From the NCBI GenBank assembly GCA_040954595.2, contig CM082596.2, positions 2,100,899 to 2,164,898 of the forward strand: a stretch of DNA of 64,000 bases, read 5' to 3'. Under the pieces are notes generated by a model. That model had not been told where the DNA came from and made no database searches. It was given only the letters and a program-made list of their open reading frames with translations. Shown one piece after another: positions 29,501 to 41,492 of the stretch. Source of the stretch: Balanoglossus misakiensis. Lineage: Eukaryota; Animalia; Hemichordata. The translations under genes and the position numbers were made by a program. The first letter of the stretch is position 1; each line of letters opens with the position of its first letter.

Positions 29501-32500
29501 ATCACCCTTGTGTCCCCTCCCCTGAATTATGGATTAACCCTGTTGATTACAGGTAATGTCCAGACACATACACAAGGAAACAGGGGTGATAGGTTAAGGT
29601 GAATGACACAACAGTGCTGATTGTCTGTTGAAGCCCCTTTCAAACTAATCATTGTTCAAAGTGGAGATGTTTTGCTGTCAATCACTATTCTTGTATTTTG
29701 TCTGCTTGTGTTCAATACGTTTTCTTCAAAGAGAAATCAAAGCTTGTCCTTAAGAGACCTTCACTAGGGAAGTGTAAAATCCCATTATTATATCGGTACA
29801 AGTAAAATAATGTCAAAAACATGTCAACTGTTGTTTCTTGTTGTTTCAAATATTTTCACAACCACTCCCCAACTCCATTTGTTCGTGGTGGCAATGTTGG
29901 ACCACTCCAGAGGAAAGTGGGGTGATAGAGTTAAAATCTTTTGAGATGTAGTCTTAAAATCTACCAATAAATTCTATGACCCTCACAACTCTGGAAGTTA
30001 CTCAGTTAATGTATCCTAAACTTTTAATTTGTACCAGCAAAAATGTCAGGATGTTAGACCACGTAGCGTCATACAAATGACTGATTGATTTTGTGATAAA
30101 TAGTCACTTTATGACCATTTTGAGTTTCTGTTTCATCTTTCACTTGATGGTTATTGATTCTTTTCTTTTTGTTTGACAGGATCTGAGAGCGGAATGTATT
30201 AAGTTACAGAACAGGGTGTTTGATCTGGAGCAACAGAACAAAATATTGAACATGATGTTTGAACGAGAAAGACAGAGACATTCGACAAGAGAATTATCTA
30301 TGCAGGTGAGGAATCCCTCTTCCCCCCTTTTGGAGAATGTTCGTAGGGTGAAAAATTGGATTGGATTCTTAATTGTTGCGGTGAAATACCATGAACTCTT
30401 CTGAGCAAGCCCACAAGGTGGAGATGTCTGAAGCAGTTGTTTGTGCACATGTTACGCAGAAATCTAATTACAGATCCAGCCAGACTTGTCAGACCTGTTT
30501 GGCCGTCAAGTCAAAACAAGTGGTTGGGGAATTTGTTGATGTCAGAAAGCGCTTTGTGAAAAACAGATTGCTTCCCACTTGGAGGTATTCTGGCTGCCGT
30601 CTCACACTGGGTTGAGTGTGTAAGGAAATCCTATATATGCAAGATCGTGAGTTGCAGTACCCTCTAGGCGTTCATCAGACATATCTCAGTAACTTCAGTG
30701 ATTGTCGTGAAGTGTTTTGTTTCTCACAAAAACATCATCTACCATTTCTTTTTTCCCAGACATATCCTTCAAAACACTCGCGAGGAAGAGGTCTCACATC
30801 AGATGCTCCAAAGCAAACAACTAACGAAGACAGCAGTATTAGTGAAGTCTCACCACCGACTACCTCAAACTCAGCTTCTCAGGTCAGTCTGAATTGAGTG
30901 TCAAGAAATCTCTCTATTGGGATATTTCATTTATGGTTTATGCAAGAATCATGAAAGTTTCACAAAGTATTTGGATTAATACTTGTTAGTGTTGTGACTT
31001 TACTATTCTGTCCTCGGATACTGACATTTTTAATGTTCTTTCATTTTTCAGGCATTGTATCGACCTCAAGGTGCTACAGGCAGTGCTCAATCTTCACCCA
31101 GCAATCAGAAGAGAAACAACAAACCAGCAAACAAGTCGGGTGGTGGCAGACAACCAATCAGAAAGGAGAGTGGCAACAGCGCTGATTATGCGGGTCTCAG
31201 CTCAGAATCTCTGCACAGTACTCACTCCAACCAAGCCAATCATGTAAGTCTCTCGGTTTGTTTGAGAATTTCTCAAATAATCTCAAAATTGTGATCAGAG
31301 GGGAATATTGTAAGTCGTCCGATGCCGTATGTACCATCAAACTTGACCTTTTTTCCCCTTTTGATTATTACAGGCATATCCTGCTGTTCCAACGATGCAA
31401 CTTGGTTGGTCACCCACCAGTAAACACAAAGCATTTGCCAACGGAGATCCCTTCCAGGGCCAATCTGACTTCTCATTACAAAGGCATGCACACTCACTGG
31501 ACAGATTTGGCAATGGTTGCCATGGCAGCCACATGAAGGAGACATCGGCTATGATAGACATGTTTGCTCACTACGGCAGGCCCGACAGGCTCTACCCACA
31601 ATTCAGTGGGGCACAGCAAGAGTTGGCTGAGGAACGCATGTATCAGGCAAGCGCTCAGAATAATTTGTACCAGGGCAGCAATGGGAAGGTGCAGAATTAC
31701 GATGAAATAGCAATGAACTCTGAAATGCCTGCAAAGCTGAAAGAAACGTTCCGTGCATTCCACGAGGAGAGTCTACAGGCAGAGCACATGATTTGTCTTC
31801 AACCCACAAGTCACCACCTGTATGCAAAGACTGAGAAACCAAGCAATTTCCCCAGCAACAGGAGAGATTTCAACTCCCCCAAGCCAGCTTTGGATCACAT
31901 GGCTTCCAGAAACGGACTAATAGTCGCTGATAAATACCATCTTCCGTACAAGCACGCTCCTTACGAGACAGCGCAGAGCGTGATGAAGGAACTCAACGAT
32001 GCGACAGCGAACGTGAAAAGCTTTGATAGCCTTGTCGCCTCAGACGCCAAGCATTCCAAAAAGACAAGCGACCGACAGACTTCGAAAACCACAGCCAGGT
32101 CAGAGTTGAGCTCACTGCACGGAAGTTTGGAGTCGCTTGGTACGGATGACTCTGAGGGCGCTGCAGAAACCAAGGGGCTTCTGGATAGTTCGTTTAGTTT
32201 GAACAGTTTGGAGAGCAGCGACGATGACGACGATGGAGGCGGGCAGGAAATGTACCAGATGCCGTCCCTGTCGGGTGAAAGAAATGAGATTATGAGGACC
32301 ACAGGCGAAATGAACTACGACAGAAGTCCGTGTCAGGCCAGGAAAGTTGGACAGAACGAGAACAATAAGAGTACTGAAAAGAAAGAAATCAATACTCCGA
32401 TATCATCCAGTGGTAAAATAGTGAATGATTTGGATGGGGTCAAAGACGAAAGTACGGCAGTGGACGAAACTGATGGAGTCAACAATAATGATAACAGTAA

Positions 32501-35500
32501 CTTAAATAAACTTAGTACTTACACATCGCCTTGGAGGAAAGACCCAAGAGCTGCACTGAATATAAGTCTTGATGTTCCAATGAATGATTATGGTGGTCAA
32601 AGTGCCTTTGTACAGTATACCTCAGTTACACGCAATCACATCAGTTACAAACCTGAAAGTGCGGCGGTGAATGACGCGGCTCTCCACAAAGAGAAAGCTG
32701 AGCAAAGATGTGCTGATGATGTCAACGGTTCAGAGAACGTGAAAGTTGCAGTGAAGAAAAGCAGCAGTAGTGAACAGCAGGGTTTAATCAATTCTGTGCT
32801 TGAGAGTGTGACTGTGAAAAGTCAGCCTGATGCACAGAAATTGTCGTCTCCTACAGAATGTATTACGGATTTACCAGACAGTGTGTTGGGGAAAGCGCTA
32901 AGCAAATGCGTGATTGACGGTGAACGGGAAAAGCCAGTTAAGAAAAAAGTCTTTCAGAAGCAGAGTCCTGTGGAAGAGTTTATTCCGCCACAACCGGTGA
33001 GATTGTTAGAGGAAGAAGACGATGACTCGCTGTACCACAGAAAAATCAACAAGGAACTTGTGGAGCTGATGAAACAGAGAACCAGTGAGGATCGGAGTTC
33101 GGAGGGCAAAGGTCAAACCACCACGCAGCCAAATTGCAAATCTAACATAACCTCAGGGAATTGTGTGAATGATGTTGATGGAATCCAACCAGGAGATCAA
33201 GTGCAGAGCGTACACACACATCAAGTGCCTGTTCAGTTCACAAACGGATCACTGGCTCTCTGGCTTCCCAGTACGAAGCCGGAACTCATCAAACAATCCT
33301 CCCTCAACGAGACTTACAGGGACGGTAGAGAGGATGGACTCTGTGAAGAGGAGAGACGACAGCTCTACCGGAGATTGTCGGCCGAGAACCGAGTGCCGTC
33401 GTTTATATCACCCGAGAGGCTGAGTCTAGCGAAACAGGAAAGTACACTTGCAGACATCAAAAGCAACAGCCCATTAGTAAACCCGGATGAGAGGCCTATT
33501 AGGCCGTACTATGCCTCACAAGAAGCCAGGAAAGAGGGAATGCCAGGCGGAGAACAGATCAGCCAAGGCAAAGCATTGGAAGTTGCCAAATGTAGTTCTT
33601 CAAACTGCAAGGTGAATTCTTCTGTTGTTGACAGCCCGTGTGGAAAGACAGAAAAAACTGATGAGGAGCAAGTGAAATCGAAAGACTTGAAATGTTTTCA
33701 GGATGGACACAGAGGGGAATCGCCTAGTGGCGCACGACAGACCCTAGAAACAAAGTCTGTATCAGATGCAGACAAGGTGAAAAATCCTAGTGTGGTGGGA
33801 GGACCATCGCCAAAGGCCACTAACAAACCTATCCCACCGCCCGTTCCCAAGAAACCAGGCAGAACGCAGTCAGACTCTTCCCTCCTGAACAAACCTTCCA
33901 AGATGTCAACATTCCAGATTCCACCGATGGAAACACAAGACCTGGAGACTGCGGAGTCCACGTTCGTGTTGGGGTGCGCGTCTGTGAGGGAGGTGGAAGC
34001 CTTGAATGCACAAACGAAGGATTTTACTTTGCTGAATCTGTCGCCGAGACTGGTTTTTAAGAGTGCACCACTCAAGAGAAGTCCCTGTCAGATTCTCAGC
34101 AATGGAATTCTTGAAGACGAATCTGAAATGGCATCAGAAGAAAGTAAACATTTTAAGTGAGTATTTGTTTTCGAGTAAATATTGTAAATAAGAAAAAATG
34201 CATTTTAAATAGACTTAGTTCGTGAACTAATCTTAATCTACACAGTTGAATACAATATTTATGTTACTCAAAACTTGACCAGATTATCATGTTCGCATTG
34301 TTGTAACTTTTAGTCCAAGTAACAGATTGGGTTTTGAAGTTTAAGGAGTTTAGTACGTGCTTGTCCTTCGGACAGTTCTTCTAGCTGTTTGACCACCAGA
34401 GATTAAATTGTCCAGGGGGAATGAGTAGAAAACAGGTACATTTCCAATAGAAAATCAAGCCTAGACTTTTGCTTTATTTAGTGTGATTGATCTGTTGTGT
34501 TTCAGGCCCTTGGCATTTACCTTGTCAGCTGCAGAGAAATCCAAGAAGAGTGGATCCATAGATTCGCTGAATTCCCTCACATCTGTGGACTCTGTTGGAT
34601 CTGCCGCTGCCAGTCTTCACAGCAGCATTAGCAAGAAGTCAGCTACTCCCTTGGTAAGACAAAACAAAATTCTTAAGACAACAACCCAAGTAATGGTATT
34701 GACATCAAATTTTCCACAATAACAGAGGTGATTACACACATATTGGCTTTGTTGAAATACCACACATTCCATCATGCCTCAGGGAATCTAAACTTAAACT
34801 CAGTAGATACAAAACAGTACTCAAAAGATAGTTAGAAGTTAGAACTAAAAGAGCTCTAATGTGTTTCCATTTTCCAGAGTGAATTTTTGTCAGACTCAGA
34901 GGAGGAAGAAGACAAACCAATTGTCAACTTTATTGATGTGCTGACTTCATGGACACCATCGTCAAAATTAACAGACGCTGAACCAATCAAATCTGGTGAA
35001 GAAACAATGCAAAAAGTAAGTTGTACTTGTATGCATTTGATGTGGAGTATCTGGCTGGTTGAAACCTCAACTTTTTGAGGTTTGACTTGGCAAGGGTCCG
35101 CTGTACCAGGTACATTGGTACAGATCCTTTAACTGGTACTCAAATTTTATTCAAACATTTTCCATGAAAACTGTGAGGTTTTCCTCAAGCCAAAAATGCT
35201 GTGGACAATTGTATATCCTAATATTGAGTAATAATGCTGTGATATTTAATAAACTGGAAATATTAACATTTCTTTCTCATTTGTATTTTGTCGCTGACTA
35301 TAGGAAGTGAAACATACTGAGCGTGAACCCAAGGCTGATAAAAATGATGAATGCAAAACTGATAACCATGGCAACAAGAGACCAATCGACGACAGGGGAG
35401 CATTTAAACTTTCCAACGAGAGACGGCCAAAACTAGAGACATCTTCCGAGTTAAGGAATGGTCACTCAGAAACAGAACATGTTAATGGAATCACTCCAGC

Positions 35501-37983
35501 AGTGCAGGGACTTGGTCTGACAGCCGATGCTGTTTGTTCGGATAAGAATGGGAAAGTGTTGTTTGAACAGGAGGATAGCAGTGCTGATCCGAGTGAAATG
35601 AAGGACTTGGGCACGGAAAAGTTTTGCCAGAAGGATCCCAAAGTTGTGAAGGAAAACTTCAACGCTACAAGTGCAAAAATTGAAGAGATCAGGAAAACCA
35701 GCACCCCAAACGGCGAGAGGACGACAGTGGATGATTGCGCAGTTTTGACGAGACCTACGACTTTGTTCATTCCGACGACAAAAGCGACGACGTTGCGGCC
35801 GTTTGATTATAAAATGATGCTACGGGGTGAGAGTGACAGAAAACAAAATAACGTGCAACTGTACAAGCGTCCAGTGTACAGCTGCAATGTCACTGCTAAG
35901 TACCACCCTCCAACGAACACCGCTGCTGCAACTATGCAGCACAGGACAGTTGCCATGGAGACCTCGCATGGCGGAGGAAAAATGCTGCAAACATCAGCCT
36001 CGCATAATGGAGTAAAGTTGCAACCGACGTCTACAACATTGGTGGACAAGTGTGGGACGAGACTACCGAGACCTTTAAGGAAAAATGAACCCAGGCCAGT
36101 CTTCCTCAGGAGTGTGTATCATGAAAACCAGAGTACAAAACCACAGTTGGGGGCAGTGTCCACGAGTCACTTCGCGATGAAAAACGACGATGTGCCGTTC
36201 ATCGACGACAGCAGTAGTGGGCAGGATAGCGACAGTCTGAAAACACCAGAAGACTTTGCGAGGATTGAGAAGGAGCAACGGAGAGCAGATTTGTGTGAGG
36301 AAGGACAGTTCAGAGGAGTCAGCACTGCAGAACTAGGGTCTCATAGTAGTGTTGGCAAACAGAAAATAAACGGATTTGCGGCGGAGTTTGTTGGGAAAGG
36401 GAGTACGAAAGCGGTCAGTCAGGTATCGAGAACAGATGAGCCCGTACAGGGTGTGAGGACTTTGGAGAATACACAGGGTGCACAACGGGTCGAAATTTTC
36501 CTCAACCAGGCCGACAGAAGGACAGACTCACAGGGTGTCAGACACAGTGATAGAACCACTGACGTGACCAGTGGTGGGTACACTCACCAAACAAACACTA
36601 CCTATGACACACACCCTCAGAGATCAGTCAACACAACCAGTAGCAAACACTGTCAAACGAGTGGAGACACTACAGGTGACAGACACCCACAGTTACTGAA
36701 TTACTCTCAGGACAGATACCCACCTACAAGGACTTCTCATCAGGAACCTAACAAAATGCAAAACACATGTACTCTACCTGCTGTCCCGAATACAGGATCC
36801 TGTGAAAGATCTTCGCACCAAGATGAACGCCAAACTTGTCACAGACCATCTCAGCCAACACAGATTGATATCAGAGTTGAAAGCAAGGCAGCTCCCATTA
36901 TAAGTGCTGATTTGATGGAAGACTTTGAAGGGTCTGACCTCTACGACAGTGATGACCTGGAAAGTGCTGGAGAGGGATCTGCACAACTTGATGAACATGT
37001 GAGTCTGTTCTTTAATGCTACTGCTTCAGATGAAGATCCATTTCATTGTAATAGAGTGAATACACTTTAAAATGCATCATACCTACATGTATTACATTAC
37101 TATTTTCCCTCTGATTTTGCAGGAAAGAGCCAATCTGTTGGATTCGTTTTTTGAGAGCGACAGCGATGATTCAGCTGGAGATAGCGATGACTCTGACAGC
37201 AGTCACCCGGGAGAAGATACCTTCTTGCGATTGATTGGTGAGAAAGGTACGCAATGATATCTTAACCCTTTCATCCCTAGTTTCCTCTGTAGAGGGCCAA
37301 CTTCACCATAGGAAACAATGGATTTGGACCAAACTCTGGTGGTTAAAGGGGCATTTCATGTAACACTTGATAATTTCTTTTCAGTATGTTCTGTCTTGTG
37401 GATCCAAGCTTTTGTTCTGCTCACTGAAATGAGTTGAAACATTCACTGAGTAGAATTCATACCAACACAAGTTTGTTTTGGTCTCCCAGGCAACAGGAGA
37501 CAGGTGCTGAGGTACTCAGAAACCAACCGAGTGTCCATCTTGGATTTCAAAATCCAAGAGCTGTACACAAGATATGATGACAAGGAACGGGAGGCGATGG
37601 CGTGTTTTGACTTCTTGGAGGAGCTGGTTGAGGAGATTGACACAGAGGCCAATGTAAGTGAAGTTGATGTCCTTTATTTAAACAAGCACACTATCTATTT
37701 CGAAGTTCAGAAAGAAATGTCACCATGAAACACTGCATGTCTTGAAATGAGGAATTTCAAATTTTTGGGTCTCTTGCAGGATAATCCATTCATGGACACA
37801 AATCAGAACAGCCAGACAGACATTGCATCAGAGGGTGCCAAGGTGGACTCAGACAGTGATGATGAGGGCATGCAGCGTGAGAGACACTCTGAAGGAAGCT
37901 CGTCTCCCGAGCGACTGTCACTAAGTGATTCCCTTTACGACAGCTACTCTTCATCAAGTCACAGTCTCTCCAGTAATCATTAG
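11480..37983 (+). CDS. NCKAP5: NCKAP5/NCKAP5L-like protein (Nck-associated protein 5 family), 5'-partial, 15 exons
   Basis: Spliced translation gives EKLAVARLQRE...ERELRLEAEKRL...LLLERLRALEAENSALVLENESQREQYERCLDE|VANQVVQALLMQK|DLRAECIKLQNRVFDLEQQN, which I recognise as the NCKAP5-family N-terminal coiled coil, followed by long Ser/acidic low-complexity exons. All introns are GT-AG and the phases join into one frame (6247 nt, about 2081 aa plus stop). Start exon not identified. Confidence 0.85.
15352..15365. promoter_or_regulatory. RFX X-box-like palindrome GTTTCCATGGAAAC
   Basis: Perfect 14-bp palindrome fitting the X-box consensus; intronic; motif match only. Confidence 0.35.
15586..15810 (+). 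CDS. NCKAP5: NCKAP5-like exon RETLMKDLVKERELRLEAEKRL...ILAYE
   Basis: ttccag acceptor, GTAAAC donor, 75 codons, coiled-coil composition. Confidence 0.88.
17196..17285 (+). CDS. NCKAP5: NCKAP5-like exon NNLQKFRTHINNLEQDNSSLMNEFQNRQSL
   Basis: Strong pyrimidine tract+CAG, GTAAGT donor, 30 open codons, phase 0-0. Confidence 0.75.
19939..19994. repeat. Imperfect (GGTT)n simple repeat
   Basis: ttggttggttggttgagttggg...ttggttggttggttggttggtt visible directly. Confidence 0.75.
21428..21441. promoter_or_regulatory. CTCF-like motif AGCGCCCTCTAGCA
   Basis: Matches the CTCF core motif; motif only. Confidence 0.3.
21994..22125 (+). CDS. NCKAP5: NCKAP5-like exon VNQEESRKEKSLLLERLRALEAENSAL...RCLDE
   Basis: Highly conserved family segment; CAG/GTAAGC sites. 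Confidence 0.92.
24951..24998. promoter_or_regulatory. RFX X-box plus forkhead motif module
   Basis: GTTACCATGGTAAC (24951-24964), then TGTTTGTTT, GTAAACA (24982) and TGTTTAC (24992). Confidence 0.45.
25258..25296 (+). CDS. NCKAP5: NCKAP5-like 39-nt microexon VANQVVQALLMQK
   Basis: tttacag acceptor, GTAAGT donor; directly continues the conserved family sequence. Confidence 0.9.
27907..28053. promoter_or_regulatory. Cluster of five X-box-like 14-mers (degenerate ~26-bp repeat)
   Basis: GTTTCCAAGGTTAC 27907, GTTATCAGGGCTAC 27932, GTTTCCAGGGTAAC 27958, GTTGCTAAGGTTAC 28012, GTTCCCAGGGTTTG 28040. Confidence 0.45.
30180..30305 (+). CDS. NCKAP5: NCKAP5-like exon DLRAECIKLQNRVFDLEQQNKILNMMF...SMQ
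   Basis: Conserved family segment; CAG/GTGAGG sites. Confidence 0.9.
30760..30882 (+). CDS. NCKAP5: NCKAP5-like exon TYPSKHSRGRG...NSASQ
   Basis: ttttcccag acceptor, GTCAGT donor, 41 codons, phase 0-0 (could be skipped). Confidence 0.65.
31052..31243 (+). CDS. NCKAP5: NCKAP5-like exon ALYRPQGATG...NQANH
   Basis: tttttcag/GTAAGT, 64 open codons. Confidence 0.78.
31374..34156 (+). CDS. NCKAP5: NCKAP5-like large internal exon (2783 nt, low-complexity region)
   Basis: Contains the 921-aa ORF; CAG acceptor in frame upstream; AA|GTGAGT donor just before the in-frame TGA; phase matches the next exon. Confidence 0.88.
34506..34653 (+). CDS. NCKAP5: NCKAP5-like exon PLAFTLSAAEKSKKSGSIDSLNSL...ATPL
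   Basis: tttcag/GTAAGA, phase 2 to 0. Confidence 0.78.
34878..35015 (+). CDS. NCKAP5: NCKAP5-like exon SEFLSDSEEEEDKP...TMQK
   Basis: ttttccag/GTAAGT, 46 codons. Confidence 0.78.
35304..36998 (+). CDS. NCKAP5: NCKAP5-like large exon (1695 nt)
   Basis: Covers most of the 587-aa ORF; TAG acceptor in frame, GTGAGT donor after ...QLDEH. Confidence 0.85.
37123..37246 (+). CDS. NCKAP5: NCKAP5-like exon ERANLLDSFFESDSDD...
   Basis: ttttgcag acceptor; two phase-1 donors possible (after 37237 or 37246). Confidence 0.72.
37262..37351. mobile_element. Short MITE-like relic with piggyBac-type ends
   Basis: Starts TTAA-CCCTTTCATCC and ends GGTGGTTAAAGGG (imperfect TIR); right TTAA TSD not intact. Confidence 0.4.
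37490..37653 (+). CDS. NCKAP5: NCKAP5-like exon GNRRQVLRYSE...EREAMACFDFLEELVEEIDTEAN
   Basis: ctcccag/GTAAGT, phase 1 to 0. Confidence 0.78.
37780..37983 (+). CDS. NCKAP5: NCKAP5-like terminal coding exon DNPFMDTNQ...SSNH*
   Basis: cttgcag acceptor, TAG stop at 37981-37983, AT-rich UTR-like sequence follows. Confidence 0.75.
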   Translation, partial: DNPFMDTNQNSQTDIASEGAKVDSDSDDEGMQRERHSEGSSSPERLSLSDSLYDSYSSSSHSLSSNH

Positions 37984-40900
37984 AAGCCTTTCACAGATTC
38001 TCCAGGTCCCCGCATGTATACTCAGATCCAGTCATGATGCTGTGTACCCCAAAAGTAGGGACGATGAAACAGATTCAGTGACACATCCCAGATGCATCCG
38101 GATTGAACTTTAAAAAGTGTCTCAACCTCATCAGAAGACATGAAAAACTGTGTCTCTTCATAATCAGAAGATAAGAAAATTTACATTTTCACAAATGTAA
38201 ATTATATATACATTATAAATGACAAGATGTATACAAAAATGTATTTTTGATGAACAAGAAGAAATATCTCTGTTTTTTGCTAATCATGGAAGACGTTTCA
38301 TGTTATCGATAAAACTTAAGTGTGAAATCTTTTATGTATATTTAGAAGAATAAGAAGCCAGCCTTAGTTCTTTGTGGTGTGGTTAATGTGTACAGTCTAT
38401 AAAAGACAAAGTTTGGTTAAAAATCCTGCTTTCTACGTTAATGATTATTCTGAGTTGGTACTTTTATGTCGATGATGAAAATGCTTTCAGTTTATGTATC
38501 TTGTGTTTCTAAGGAATTGGTGATCCATGACTGCTGCCATAAAAACAAAAAGAGTTACAGAAATCACATGAGGGCGCTTCCATACTTGAGCATATTCCCA
38601 CATCCCCTAAAATTAGTAAACACTGACTCTACAACAGAGGGTGGTTAATTATTTTGTAGTTTAAATTTTAAAAAATGACTAGAGTTATGAAAAATGTTTT
38701 CTAATGAAGTGGAATATTAATGACGTCCCAGTTACTTGTAGTGTGGAACTTTTACTTCCAACCAGGAAGACAACTGAACTGAAATATAAATCAAGTCCGT
38801 TTCTACTGTGCCAATAATAACTCATCTTTTTTGTATCAGCATTATGCAGGAATCCCACATTTTTTATGACACCCATTTTGATATAAAACTTCCTCCATAA
38901 GAAATTATTTTTATAACACGCCTTCCTATTTGAATAAACAGCAAGACCTTTTACCAGTACTTCATCAAACATCTTTTCAAAAGACATCACACGGAAGGGT
39001 CTTCCTGGATAGGACAGTGTACTGAAATTCATAGCTTGCAATTATTGGCAATATTTTCATTTTATATTAGATCTATGCAGATTGTTGTAGTTATTTTGTA
39101 AACAGTTTAAAAGAAACGCTTCCATGTACGGCAAGTAATTGATGTGCTAGAAACACTTACTGCGTACATGATACTATTTGCTGTATTTATCATATATGAA
39201 GAATTTTCACTCCATTTTCTGCCCACTGAAAGTATGCCAATCAAGAAACCACAACTAAAAATAATAAATATGACTTTTGTATGAGTATATAACAGCAGGT
39301 AATTCAATCATGTAAAGGTAACTCAATGAAGATACCTGTGGGTGAGCACTTCATAAAATTTTTAATACAATTCCTCAAAATAATATTATCTAGAGCCATA
39401 ATATGTATGCTATGCAACGATAGTTTTTGCAAGAACAATATTTTGATATTAACGAATTTTTAATCTCCAATTAATATAACTGCAGCGAAGTGTTACTACC
39501 AGTGAAATGATAAATATTGTCTACCTCCCGCATATTTGCCCATTATGCAAATAACAACAGTATATTTACAGTATTTGTATATGTAAGGCCCAGATTATGA
39601 AGGTTTTTTTTTGTATTTCCATATTTTTGTTAACCCATTTTCATTTTAAATATTTTGAGGCCCACCAGCTACTATTGAATATCAATCAGTCTCCAGTACT
39701 TCCATGTTCAACGTGTGTTATCTATTCTGTACATGACATCCCAGTGATGTGATATTTTTGTCTTGTCCTTTCCAATGGCATGGTTGGATGTCACAGGGAA
39801 ATGGGGATATTAGAGTCAGTATTGGCATGGCAACCATATTATCAGTTTGTTTTTGCTGTTATTTGAGTCCTTCAAGATGTTGTGTTATGTTTTTGTGTTC
39901 CATTCTGAATTGTCAGTTTGAAGAACAGAGTCCTCCCACTGTTAAGCATACAGGATAAGTCTTGAAGCAGATTTCTCAGAAAGGAAAAACAGTTACCAAT
40001 GGACCTTACATATTGCAAGTAAAAAACAGCCAATGGCACATTATAATATGAATGAGCCTGCCATTGATGTAAAAATCAAAAACATTATGACTGGTGCTAT
40101 TAAATATTGATTGTGTATCAGTTTTCTGGGGCCAAGTAATGTATCCAATATTTTAAGAGGAGAGATTTCACTTCTAAGTTCTAAGATGGTAGAAATTCGT
40201 CCATATATTGAACTACTTTCAGTTTGATGGGACAAAAGTGTCAGTCATTGTGTCATATATAGCCTCATTTGGAGGACAATTAACTGCTTTTTATGATCAT
40301 ATGGTTTATACATGTAACTGTTCAGAATGAAAACTGCTATTGCTGCACAGTGTCAAGCTCAGGAAGTTGAAATTTGAACATATTGAAGTTTATATATGGC
40401 ACAAAAATTAGAGCTTAAGTTTGTACCAAATTGTCAGAGTGTAAGTATATATAGAAAGACTAAAATGTGAATGTTAAATGAAACCTCAGAATGTATCAAT
40501 CCATTGACAAAAATCTCTGAAAACAGAATGTAAAGTAACAAGCAATATATGTCCAGGGTGTAATCGTGCGATCAATTGTACATATGTCAGTACTGGATGT
40601 GTACCATCATGCAAATGTCCAGTTTCATAGAATTTTACACACGTAGAATTTACTTATCATACTATGTATGTTTATTGGTCTTTTTTGTGCAAAGGCCAGT
40701 GATGTGACAGGGTTCATGAGGGAAAACGGAATGGAAGAGTTGCACAGTTTGTCTGATTTTTTGTTTTGCATGAGGAAAGCTGTACTGATTGACAATTACT
40801 ATTAGCCCAGGAAATATTGACTCGCTAATATTAATAACATTTCCTGAGTAGTTATAATCCTAGTAGCATCGAGCATGACACCAGGACCTGACAAAATCAT

Positions 40901-41087
40901 CGCTTTCTCTCAATTGGCTGATCTAATTTTTGTGGTCTTTGACAACAGAACATGTAAGAACCAGTAAAATAGAGGAAATAAAAACACTTTTGGAGTGCTG
41001 CAATGTGTGTGTAAATATGACAACAGCATTTCCTTGTAAATATATATGCACAAATTTGTAATCTTCACAAGTAATGATATGATAGAA

Positions 41088-41093
41088 AATAAA
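41088..41093 (+). terminator. Candidate distal poly(A) signal of the NCKAP5-like gene
   Basis: AATAAA followed by a GT/T-rich tract; other AATAAA at 38933 and 39263 are alternatives. Confidence 0.35.
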
Positions 41094-41492
41094 ATCAAAA
41101 TATCTATTTTACATGGCTTGATTGAGTTCTTATTTTGTGTACCATTATCAGAACATCAACATCTCGGGAAAGGACTTCATGGACTTGCAATGTGAAAAAA
41201 CTAGGTACTAGTGGCAAACATGGTATGGAAAACACGCATTGCATCTTGTTACTGGGTAAGAAGTGATTTTGAAGAAATTGGCCATTAGAAATAAAATGGC
41301 TTATGTAAAAGTACGAAAACTAAAAGAAAAGAAATGCGAGAGTTGAAATATGCATATGCACTTCTTCTTAAACTTATTTTCCCATTGAAAGAGGGTTCTT
41401 TGACAGTTTGGTCGAATTTATTATATAACTTTCACTGACAAAACTGATGGTGGTCACGTAGAGAGAAAGTTTATTGGCTATGCCACATCTAG

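Noticed and set aside
31395-37070. 921-aa and 587-aa ORFs as stand-alone genes
   Set aside because: Both are bounded by in-frame splice sites and join the NCKAP5-like frame.
38685-39307. Minus-strand ORFs (118 aa; 66 aa with a hydrophobic stretch) as a hidden gene
   Set aside because: No recognisable homology and no consistent splice path; they lie in AT-rich probable 3' UTR.
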